A DNA stretch of 64,000 nucleotides, taken from assembly GCA_000708835.1 (NCBI GenBank), contig DF236955.1, positions 62,001 to 126,000 on the forward strand. Direction: 5' to 3'. The DNA is from Klebsormidium nitens (taxonomy: Eukaryota > Plantae > Klebsormidiophyceae). Numbering within the stretch: the first letter of the stretch is position 1; each line of letters starts with the position of its first letter. Position numbers and translations under genes: made by a program. This document shows, one piece after another, positions 46,164 through 57,524 of this stretch. The notes beneath the pieces are model-generated. The model made no database searches. It was given only the letters and a program-made list of their open reading frames with translations, and was not told where the DNA came from.

Positions 46164-49100
46164 ATGAAGCGTTGGAGCGCCGCCACTCTGTGGACAATCG
46201 TGCACATCGTGTCGGTTCTCCTTGTCCTCTGCTCGCCTTTCGTCCTGCTCTATGACGCAGCCTTCAGACGGGATCCCGAGTACGACCCTAGCCTGACGTC
46301 CCATCGCTTGGTCGACCACTCTGAACAAGTCGCAAAGTTGGACCGTATAGCCGAGGAGCTTGCTTTCAAGTACAGTGTGGCCCTCGAGGAGACCAAGAAC
46401 ACCGCGCAGCACAGGATCATTGTGTTTGACTGCCTCACGCCGCGGCGGTGTTACGGCCTAGGGGACCGCCTGCGAGGGATCTCCACTCTGTTCTACCTCT
46501 CCCTGCTGACTAGCAGCAGCCTCTTCCTAAATGTCCAGATCCCTTACCCCCTGCTTAACTTCCTCACGCCGACGCTGTATGACTGGAGGATCAATGCGAC
46601 CGTAAGCTATGAGGGCCAGGTGCACGGGAGGGCCTGCTGGTGGAATGACAGCACGCTGGCCCCGACGCCGCTGGCGAGACCCGTGGGGGCGCAACTGTTG
46701 GGACGGAAGGTCAGTCATAATTACCTGATTCCTAAGGAACGCCCGAACTGTAGCCTGCAAAAGGGTGGATTAGCAAATACAAGGAGACATAAAATGGCAG
46801 TTCTGAGCTAGGATTCACTTAGAGATATCTGCACTGCATGTTCTTGAAAGTTTTGTTTGTAGAAATGCAGCAACTACACCGCACTGGCAAATTCGGTGTC
46901 CATATCGACCTTCCTTTTTCAAAAGTTCCATTGGAGGCATGCTTAATGGGAGTTGAATCTCAGAGAAACCGACCTCTAATCTCTCTTTCCTGTTGTTCAA
47001 GCTTTTTAAAGCATTCTGACAGATGCTGGTGGCATTCTTTGCTAGCATTTGGATCTGCTCATGCATCCAGATTGACATTCTGGTAAAGGAGATGTCGGTC
47101 TAGTAACACCCTTGAACTAGGGTTTACGCATCCTTTTACGTGTGAGCTATTTGTTCTGATCGATCCGCTGCATTAGATACTCTCCACTGCGCCTCAATTT
47201 AGCTGTCGCAGGAAGTACGTATGCAAATGCTGATTGCGGATCCCATGGGGCCACTCAGTGAGACAGTTCTTCCTCTGAGCTTCAGGAGACATGTTCAATT
47301 GACCAGCTTTCCCAAATTTGCGATCATTATGCAACACCACAAACTTGTTTTGGCGGGCTGGCAGGGCGCTTGTTTGCAGGGCGCTTGTTTGCAAGGCAGA
47401 GAAGGAGTGCAAGGTCTTAGCTTTACCCTCAGCATTGCAGGAGCCTCATTGTCAAATTTTATGGTAGTGGTACTTGTTTTCATTCTTTGAACTGCTGAAT
47501 TGTCTGGGAGAGCGAAGAATGAACTGCTGAATTGTCTGGGAGAGCGGTCTTGATCAGACTGAGGTGTTCACCAGTCGTTATTCATGATGCTTGTTGCCAT
47601 TACACAGAGACATCTTCAGACATTCAGAGTCACACAGCTGCTGATTAGGTGTATCAGCGGGCTTGGACTTCGGCTAGTCCTCGTCAAGGATACGAGGAAT
47701 CTGCTGCACCAGGATAAGAGCGGCGACATTCGTTCAGTCAAGGGCTGCCTATCTTAAGAACAAAAGCATTTTGATCTTCGTGCGCCTGTGTATGCCGACT
47801 GCCACTTTCCTTGGTAGATCCCGTACTTTTTCACAGCCTTCTGTTGCTCCACCTTCGGCCTGGGGAGATTGCTCTGAGCACGTGTCCAACGGAGGCTGCC
47901 AACTACTTTCCCAATACACCACCTGAGATACGTGCAGCAACTCAGACAAGTCTTGGTCACCGCTGACTGGCGCCTCGACACAAATTATTGGAGTCATCTG
48001 CACTTTGGTGCAAACTTTCTCACTTAACGTCGTAAAGCCCCCATCTGCAGGGAACCTGGCGGCTACGAACGTGGGACAACGAGACGCAGTGGTGGGACTG
48101 GCTCACACAATGGCCACAGCGGTTGTGGCGGCCTGACTTCGAGGGGTTTGACGCGGCGCGGGAGCTCAGCAGTAAACGAATGCACCGCTTCATCTGCAAC
48201 ATTGGGTATCCACAGGTGAGGGGATGAGAGTCGATGAACCTTCTGTGGTGGTTCCCTTGTGAGAATTGGGGATGGTACCTTTATTGTGGGGTCGACTACT
48301 GTGTCTGGTAACTGCCTGCAAACCAATGAAGCAACTATGGAATGGGGAATCTCTGATTCTTGGTTACGGGGGTTAGAAAAGCATGTAGGAGATGAGCTGT
48401 GTGTACAACATAGGAATAGTATATTTTCGCTCAGGATCTCTTTTCTCTGCTGCAATCCCCCCCATTTTTGCCATGAAGCTCGTAGTGTGAACTGTTTTGG
48501 AGGGGAATATGCTGGTCCAGTGTTAGAATGCCGGAGGAGTTATGACCCTCCCGGGCGTTCACAGTTGTTGTCGAGTATCTGCGTGACAAGCATTGGGAAT
48601 TTCCCTTTATTCCACAGATGGAAAGTGTGTTACTGCAGACAATCTAAGCAAAGGACCGAACCTGCCCCACTTTCTCAACTTTCCTCACAAAACCAAGGTT
48701 TCCACGGACAGAGACCTGGAAATCATACGCTTGTCCTAATCGTATCTCTTATGTTTTGTATCATACAGCAAGTCGCTTCCAATGGGCCGAAGTATGTTTC
48801 TATCGGGCGTTGTCTCGTGCTTGACCCGTCTCCCTCTCAAAGTGGCAAAAAACCCCCCCCATTTCGGGCATGGGAATTGACATGCCTGGACTGACTAATT
48901 GCTAACTCCGAATTGTAAGTGATTTTGTTACTTATCTAGTTGTTTACCCCCTTCTTGAAGAGGCAAGAGAGACTCACGAACCTGCATATGCTGTAGGCAA
49001 TCTTGGCAGATGGCTGCCGAGTATCGTGCCATCCACACCTCTCTGAACCCGGAATTATAAACACTGCTTTTGACTTATCTTTCAGTTTCTTGCTCCAGCT

Positions 49101-50267
49101 TCCCTCCAATTTGTCATTTCAAATTCTCGCCCCCTGGAACAGGAACCCGAAGTCGACTGCCCTCCTTTCTCTTTCCTGTTCCAATCAACGGTCCACAGCT
49201 CCCTGTGATTTAATCATAAGCCGGTCCTAGTCCCCTTCTCAGTCAGGCGTGCGTTGCAAATACGCACGTGCAGCTGCTGATTCCACCTGAAGAAATGACC
49301 AACCCTTTCCGGATGCTCATAAGCTGACCAGCAATTTCCGCTTCTTCATGAGTTTATTTGCTTCTCGTCGCGTCCTTATCAGCCCCGATCCGTGGCTGAC
49401 CGTTCCCTGACCAGGCGTGGGCCGTGAACCTGCTCGTGCGGCAGGCGGCTTCGCATTCAAGCTGGACGACCCTACTATTTTCGCTTTCCATTCCCAATTG
49501 CCAAAACCAAATTCGATCCAAAGTCTCCGTTCTAACTTCTCGGTCAAAAAGGGCGCGCTAACCTGTCCCTTAATCCCCTTCTTAACCAGGCGTGGGTCAC
49601 GAATCTGCACATGCGGCAAGCGGTCCTCGCGTACGGGCTCGACAAGCTGCAACCGGAGCACCTCTTCTCCGTCTCGATGCGCATGCTCTTCAAGCCGTCC
49701 CCGTGCATCAAGGCCGAGATCGACGAGTACATTGCCATGTTCCCGGACTGGAACGACTTCCGGACGCTCAAGATCGGCGTCCAGATCCGGACGTGGATCA
49801 CGCTCGACGGCTGGATGAAGGAGTACATCCGGCCGCCCCCGTGGGAGTGCTACAAGAAGCAGCTGTTCATTCTGATGCGGGACGAGGTACGGCGGCTGGC
49901 GCTGAGCATGAACAACACGCGGAGTCGGGACGAGCGGAGGCTGCGGTCGCGGGTGATCGTGTTTCTGACGGGGGACAGCCAGGATGCGGTCGATTATCTG
50001 ATGGCGACGCTGGTGGCGGAGGGGATCCGGGTGTTCCGCACGGACCACGACCCGTCGCACATCTTGGAGTCGTCGACAATGGACCTCGCCGCGAAGACGT
50101 ACCTGGACTGGTGGCTGCTGACGAAGATGGACCGGTTGCTGATAACGCGGAGCGCGTTCGGGGAGACGGCGGCCGCGTACTCGCTCAAGCCGGCCGTCGT
50201 GATCGACGGGTGGGTCCCGGAGTGCACCACGTGGCAGTACAACTACACCTTCCACGTGGACGGCTGA
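46164..50267 (+). CDS. Type II membrane fucosyltransferase-like glycosyltransferase (GT37/GT23-like fold); exons 46164-46709, 48051-48215, 49590-50267 (462 aa)
   Basis: N-terminal TM helix; CYGLGDRLRG, KIGVQIR, VFLTGDS and DWWLLTKMDRLLITRSAFG resemble the conserved fucosyltransferase motifs. Phase-0 junctions. Confidence 0.78.
47361..47397 (+). repeat. 15-bp tandem repeat in intron
   Basis: GCAGGGCGCTTGTTT x2 plus a partial third copy. Confidence 0.85.
47488..47546 (+). repeat. 32-bp-period direct duplication in intron
   Basis: TGAACTGCTGAATTGTCTGGGAGAGCG x2. Confidence 0.9.
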
Positions 50268-50940
50268 GAGCGGGGCGTGGCCCACTTCGGTGGTGCGTGC
50301 GACTCGCATGAGCGAGTTCCGGAACGGGGGGTTCGCTGTCGGGTCCGGGTAGTGTAGGATGATTAGGTTAGATGATGAGGTCTCAGCCTCCGGGACCGAG
50401 TCAGGCGCGAGTTGACAGGAGAATAATTTATATTTTCAGAGCAGAGGGTCTCTCTGCTGTAGTGTTAGCTTCTGTGGCTGGTGATAATAAACGTGCAAGG
50501 GTGCGTCTCGAGCAAGTTTTGCATCCACCCCCTCACCCGCTTTGATTAGGATACAGGAAGCTAGCCAGTAAGCGATGGCTCCCAGACTTTCGAGGGCAGC
50601 CTCGGTTGTCAATTTCTTCTTTATGGCTGGCCCGCAAGCGACCCGTGTTCATTCAAAAAGAGTAGCTGCAAATTACCTTAGGTAGGTCTTACCCTTAACG
50701 CTTTGCTGAAATTGACCCGTGTTATTTCATCTGTTGTCAACTCAGTTTTGCTTCGCGCAAGATTGGTATATGCAACTTTGGCGCAGATCATGTTAGCAAA
50801 GCATGAAAGCGAAGCTTTGGATAAAGCCGGCGACCTGCATGCAGTGAGAGGATTGTTCAAATTGACCATCTTGGTAGGTGCAGAAGGTTTGGCCGTCATG
50901 TTGGCAGCCAGGTTGTATGCCACATACATCGATCAGAAAA

Positions 50941-51300
50941 AAGAGGGGGAAATGTGTAAGAACATGCATGCATAATGTGCAAAAGAGAAAGAAAAAAAGG
51001 AAAGTTCAAGTACATGTGGAATTGTATGCATGATTATATTAGTATAGTCCGTGAGCATGGTGCACGCGGCGGGGCCTATAATGCCAATTGCGTGCCCGCC
51101 TGCATCTGGTTGCAGCTTGACGATGGCCTTACGTATGGTCCGGCCAAGACCAACACGCTGAACGTATACTAAGCTGTGCGCCGTTCCAACATGCACCGGC
51201 TTTTAATTGTTGAATGAAAGTTGAACATGCGTCGTTTGTTGCAGGGGCCTCAGGAATTGTGCAGCGGCTGCATGCTTTGAACCAGCCATGCTAGTGCGGT
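50941..51300. other. CATG/RY-rich island between the fucosyltransferase and NXD1 3' ends
   Basis: 9 CATG in 360 bp; core GCACGCGGCGGGGCC; TACCTAGTA repeats at ~51300-51325. Confidence 0.6.
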
Positions 51301-51702
51301 ATACCTAGTACCTAGTATACCTAGTACGGTATGACGTATAGCTCTATAGGCAGAGCCTGGCGTGCACGTCACTCCTGGTCAAGTGCAGACAGTTATTTCG
51401 CAGTAAGGTCCGACTGAGTCCCAACATGCCGAGTTACACAGTTTTGCTGGCCACTTCCATTCAGGCTCATGGCAACCATTGGGATCGGCAAAATGCAAAC
51501 TCCGACCAACCACAACATGCCAGATACGCAGTGGATATACCGACAACTTGGTGTAGTGCAGACCAAAAAGGATTGGCTCCTTAACGGTCAATACTCTTCG
51601 ATGCTACTTGAAGCCAGTCCTACCTTGGCTTCTTTGCACTCGACCCTGTCATAAATGGCTCCTCGGAGCTACTTTCTTTATCATCGTATCAACAGGCTGC
51701 TC

Positions 51703-54700
51703 CTACAAGCTTGTCGAGACTCGCATAATCCAGCAATTCAAGCACTGATTGACTGCGGAGGGAATCGTCTCATTGCAATTCCTACAGCCTCAATTTGGGG
51801 AAACTCGGCCATCCCGGCGCAAACAAAACCTTCTCGCTGCCTTACTCCCCTCGATGAATTATGCCAAAAAGTTGCCGTTGCCTCACGTGCTCCCCCATTG
51901 TAGCTTACCAAATGCGGGCGCCCACTTCCGGCTTTTCTGCCCCTCTTCTAATTCCCGCTTTTCGATGTGATTGGCTACCACAATTGGCGCCTCGACTGAC
52001 ATTTCCATATTGTCGAAAACGAGTGAAAAGACGGGCCGCCCAAGAAGGACCGACCGGAGAGCGGAATCCGCCTCCGGTCGCCCGCTCGCCTTTGGAGCTT
52101 CGACTCTCGCGGCCGCAACTGGACGAACGCTGTTTGGAAAGCAGGATAATCAGCAGTGATTGAGTTGGATGGAACAGATCGAGAGCGTTTCCCCTGGGAG
52201 TATGCAAGATTTTATCCTCTCTTGGCGAGGTAGGCGAAAAGTAGTTGCAAGACGCTTGGAGAATTCGGTGGAAAATACCAACGGCGAGATATCAGACTTA
52301 TTTTGGAGTTCAACTCTGCGGCAAGCAAACGCTATTCGACCGAGGCAGCTGCCAAGCAGTCCCAAGCGCGTAGATCTTCAATTGGGCTTTGTCAACACAA
52401 AGTAGAAAGGGAGAGAACACGGAAGACTGCCTTACTTGCATCGTAGCTCGCACGAGTACTTGAGCATGTCCGGCTGCAGATCCGTCTTGCCACTGCAGAG
52501 GATTGGTGTGATTCGATGGAAAGAAAGGCCGACTGCGTACTTGAGAAAGCAACATTGGGGTCGGAAGATCTGCGGCGCTTACGTCATCGAGAGCAATACA
52601 TATCATGTATGGTAGTACTTAAATGTACTTCAACCAAGCTCAGAAAGAACAACTTCTTTCCAACTGAATGAGTTGGAAACTGGATTTTCTACCCTTCTCT
52701 TTCTTGGCTATTAATGATACGTGAAAGATGGAAGCGGGCTCTGTGCCAAGATGAAAGACGGCTACCGTCCCAACGGATGCTTCACACGCTGCCCTGGACA
52801 GTACGCTTTCCTTCCTGGGTTTGTCTCTAGAACCCCTCCAAGAATCCCGCAAACAACCGCTTATCCAAGTTCGACACCGACCACGTCTTTGCACTGCCAG
52901 GGAGTGTCGCCTGAGGACACATGATGAGGACAGGTGACGAGAACTCCCACGTAATCAACGCGGCACACGACCTCAGTCTGTCGGGTGAGGAGGATGATCC
53001 CCCTTCTCACCTGAAACTTGGTAAATACATCTTGATTCGGGGTCCCGCCCAGGCCCCTTTCCGCCCTGCGGAAAAAGACAGCGAGATGAGAAATACAAGG
53101 AAGGCTTCTCAACAGCGCTGAAAGGCCCGGCCAATCGAGAGCTCACGACTGAAGATCAGAGACCAATCTAATGACGGGTCACAAGCGTAGCAGACTAGAG
53201 CGAGACTTGGAATACGGAAATTGCAAGGATGGCAACAAGCGGTGACTGGCGCATCGTGAAATCTGCGATTCGTAGCCTTCCAAGAAGCAGGTTGCTCGGT
53301 CTCCCAGCAACTCTAGATTCGACAGCTGCCGAGTCAGAACAATTACGGTCTCCTGACGTTATTCAATACTTGGTTTCAACCGGCTGCTACTGTTTGTAAC
53401 GAGCCAGCCTTTTGCACGTCCGTGAGATCAAGGTGCGACTCCTCTGTCAATAGAACATTTACTGGAGGGTTTCAGCGCAAGAGTCACACCCGAACGGTCC
53501 TGATCCTCCATTCCCTTTTCAAATCAATCTGGGCGCTGTTAACAGCTTCAACGCAATCGTCGAACAAGATCGGAATCGGTATTCCTGCCAGCCCACCTGC
53601 CTGACTCGGTCCTCACACCTCGAATAGAGTAGCCACATTGCTCTTTTCGAAGTCTCAACCCCAAAATTCTCAACCCCAGACTCTGGTCAGGCCAAGAACC
53701 TGTTAGTTCCGCGTCGCTCACGGTCTCTGGGCAGCGTGATAGCCGCCAAATGCCGGTTCTCATTTCGCCACCCGACTTCGTCAATAGTAACTTGGAGCGG
53801 CCCGTCTTCCGTTTCCGCAGACACTTCTGTCAACCCATTCGCGCCTTCCGGCAGTGAAGTTTCCCCCAGGTTGTCAGACTTCGAGCTCCGTTGATGTCGT
53901 CTCTTCTGCTGAGGCAAGCGGCGCTGTGGAGGAGCGGAGAACGAGAATTGTCGAGACATGATTCTGGTGGAAATGTCTTAAGAAATATGGACGGCAGGAG
54001 TGCCCTTCGTCGGCTGCTTTTTCCCTCGCTTGCGTCATCTTGCTTCAAAGGACAAGTCGAGAAGCATATCGATAAGTCACGCGCTCAAAGGCATTTGATG
54101 CTGCCTATGTTCTTGTCTTTGTATGCCAACTCCGAGAACCACTTTTTTCTTGAACGGCCAAAAGAAACACGATATAGCAAACGCGCCAAGGTCTGATAGA
54201 GAAGGCCCAGTTTAAAGCAACTTCTTTTTTATATAGCCATTGGTCCATACAAGATCACTTCAGAAACTGCACATGCAGAAACTTTGAGTGGGCGTAGCTC
54301 GGACTTGCCTTCCTTGCCCTCGAAACCAGAAGGATGCAAGATTGCAAGAGCCCAACAGCATTCATAGGCCTCCCGATGGCCTCCGTCATCTGGAGCCGGC
54401 CTAGACTCCTAAGTCACGTGCTTTGAACCGATTCCTTAGTTGGCTCAATTTGAATCACCGTAGAAAATCATTCGTCCGAGGACGCTCAGCTGGCCGTTTC
54501 GTGCGGCGTCTTTACGCTCGCCCTCTGGCGACTCACTATCTAGAATCGGCCGGAGTGCACAGAAGCATTGAGAATCATCCCGAACTCTCACCTCTCATCT
54601 TTGAGACACCTCCCCCCATCAAACAAGACCAGTTGGTTGGACCGAAACCTGTGCTCGTTCCTTCTAGCGGCTCACGTCTCTTTTGTACGGAAACGACCTA

Positions 54701-56986
54701 ACCCCTGGGGTAGCCTACGTTTGCGCCCGGCGCCTCACCTTTTGGAAGCGCGCGAGACGGCTTGGGAGGCCGACCTCCGTCAGCCCATGCCGGACGGCTA
54801 CGGGCGTGTCCACCAAAACGCGCGCTGCCCATCTGCAACGTCGGCGCGTTGTATCAAGACCCGGAGTCGTTAATTTGAAAAATTCGGACTCTGGATAATG
54901 GGAAGAGTAACACCCCTGCGATTGGGGACTTCAATTGACAGACCTAACACGGTGTTCACGAAGACGAGGGCGGACCCCCTTGAACGGAGATGGTCATCGA
55001 CCCAACTTGCGACAAGTTCTGGAACGAGAGGATAGCCAAATGAACGGAGAGTAGAGAGTAGAAACACTATGCAGGCACGAGAAGCGACCTGATCAAAGTG
55101 TTGATGAAATTGTGACTTGTTTCAAGCGACGGGCTTAAGCTCAGAAGACGAAAGCGTACAAGACTACCTGGACTTTTAAACATCAGCGTTAGCTATTCGA
55201 AGGGCACCGCACACCTGAAACAAACCCCTTCAAAGCAATCGTACAACAAGATAAGTGCATCGTCTGCCTCCTTGCCAGCCGAAAGCCCTCCCGGCTTAAA
55301 TGGTGGGGGACTTGTGAAGGACGACTCACGCGCAGGAGGTGGGCGGGTTCCAAACAATACCAGCTAGGGCCACCAACTGCAGAGATGGAAAGCAATGAGC
55401 CGTTTGAAGAAAGATCGCGGCATTTCTTGCGCTTGAAGAAAAGCCCGAGAGTACAGCCGACCAGGTTTCGTTCTTTACTTGAAGCCTGTTGAGGGAGGAG
55501 GAGCTTTGCAAGTGGGCAACCAGGCAACTCGTCACAGAAGCTCGATGAAAGGCACAGTGATTGCTCAACCTGCAGCTATTTCAGTAAGGGCTTATGAAAT
55601 CACATGCCACGCTTTTTGCTCCTCTGCCCTGATTCCAAGCTTTCTGCTTTTCCAAAAGAAATATCGCATCGCCTCTATGCAACGACAAAGTGAGACTTTT
55701 TACTGCGGCGTCCTCAGGACGCTGATCTCCACCACTGAATGTGGGGTGGCAGCCAAAACAGGAACGTTGCCTCGCTTCTCTGAGAGTCGTTTAGCAAGAT
55801 GTGGGCATACTGACCCTTTTGGCAAGTAACGCACCTCATCGAACTGGCCTGCGGGACTAGAATCGTACTGGGCAAAGTACAGCCCTCCCAGGGTGTACCT
55901 GGGTTCAAAAGCAGGGCGTGCTGAGGGTCTGGGGTGGCAGCAGAAGCAGATTGAGTTACGACATCAGAGTACCTCTGCAATCTTGTAGGATGCAAGTCCT
56001 GTGAAGCCTCTCCTTTGCCTGGAAATAAAACCAGCTGTGAAGGCGCAAGCACCTTCTTTTGAGAAAGAGGTGAGAGTTGAGGAGCTCCTTTTGTTGCTGC
56101 TGCGTTCCTGAGCTGATGCCAAAAGAGCATGCCTCATTTGGCGAGCAGAACAGACTCATATACGGCAAGGGAACAGAGGGCCTATGTTTTTGCAGGCATT
56201 GCCTGTTTGACCCTTCAACATTTTCTATCCTTGGTGAAGCTGCTTCAATAAAGGAACCCTGCAAGCTTCAACAACAAGACTTCCTGAACTCTGAACCCTT
56301 TTGAAACCGTACTCAAGCCTTTAGGTGAACGGGCTCAGTTCTTGTGAGGGGCCACAGATTGACCAGGGGCCTCACCCAAACGCCTCTACAATCTTGAGTT
56401 CTGGCGGAATGAACTTGCGCGCTTCAGACGCCTTCACTAACTGGAGCTGGTACAGGGCCCTGCAAAGGGGGACACCAGAACTGACACTCAGTGACAGGAC
56501 AGAACTTGGGCCGCGGACTACCTCTCAATCGGTGTCACATTGGACTCGCTTAGCAAGTGCAGCGGTGTGGGAAATGACAATAGCTGGGGCGAAAAGATGC
56601 CAGCTAAATATACTTTAGTGCACCGCTACTTCTGGTGCACTGTCCACCACCACTTACAAAGAGACCGAGCTTGGAACGGAGAGGCTTGAAAGGTGGCTGT
56701 CTGGTCCAATGCCACCGTTCAGTTTCCACTTGGTTGCTCAACCACTCTCATCGTAGCCACATTGTGCGCCACCAAATGGTGGCATTGCCCCCAATTGAAA
56801 CTACGCGCAATGCTGCCCTGAAAACAAACAGGAGAACCCTCGAAGATTAGCATCTTCAAACACACTCATTGATTGAAATGAAATAAGCAAGTGTGCTCAC
56901 CTCCCTTTGAAGACCCACGGAGGGCCGTCCTTGTAGTTGTCCTCCCATTCTGTGCCGTCTGCGCGCTTGCTTCCAGCGGACCCCAT
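51703..56986 (-). CDS. NXD1: NEOXANTHIN-DEFICIENT 1-like protein; exons 56986-56901, 56459-56376, 55898-55835, 55376-55330, 54832-54739, 53923-53722, 53065-53011, 52492-52436, 52129-51909, 51752-51703 (last exon uncertain; ~319 aa)
   Basis: PPWVFKGRALYQLQLVK...KIVEAFGYTLGGLYFAQYDSSPAGQFDELVALAGIVWNPPTSCAWAARVLV...EVGLPSRLARF...WAGPRIKMYLPSFSG...MLKYSC...MSVEAPIVV matches plant NXD1. Mostly absent from the ORF track because the exons are short. Confidence 0.9.
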
Positions 56987-57524
56987 GCTTTTGAAAGGGG
57001 CGCGCAAACACCTACGAAGCTCAACTTGAGCTAAGCCTACAGAGCATTCTCTCCGTCCAGTCTCCAAGCTAGAGGCTGGAAACGGCTGAAATCAGCAGAA
57101 GCCTAAAGGGGCGCTCCTGTGCGAAAGTGCACGCGTCTTCTTCAAGCAGGAAAGCATCAATGGGGGTTATGCATTAACCGACTGCATTGCAACTTTGACC
57201 GCACCCAGTCTGATTGCGAGCTTCCCAGGATGGCAAACCCGGCCCTTGAACGGGTTTAACGGAGCCTTAACCCAGGTAGGAACCCTAGCAATGCAGCGTG
57301 AAGTTCAGCCCCCCCAAGAGCGATGTGCAGCACAAAGTTCACCGTTCTGGAAGACATTCTGAGAGCTTGAACGAAAGGTTTCTTCATTTTCGGGCGCTTT
57401 GCAAATCACCATTGTGTCTTTGGAACCCAATAGAGGTTGCTATTACAAGGTCCTTTGGGTCAAAGCCGTGCGAGGGCAACCGGAGCAATCTTTTCAAACG
57501 AGGCGCCTTGTCCAAAGAGGAGAC

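Noticed and set aside
49317-50311. 330-aa minus-strand and 239-aa alternative-frame ORFs
   Set aside because: Shadows of the GC3-rich last exon of the fucosyltransferase-like gene.
50693-50834. Exon-like segment (CAG...GTAAG) on the minus strand
   Set aside because: Cannot be linked in frame to any gene; could be chance or a 3' UTR exon of NXD1. Needs RNA data.
52921-53014. Box C/D-like ATGATGA...CTGA on the + strand
   Set aside because: No terminal stem, no recognisable rRNA guide, and it is antisense to an NXD1 exon/intron junction.
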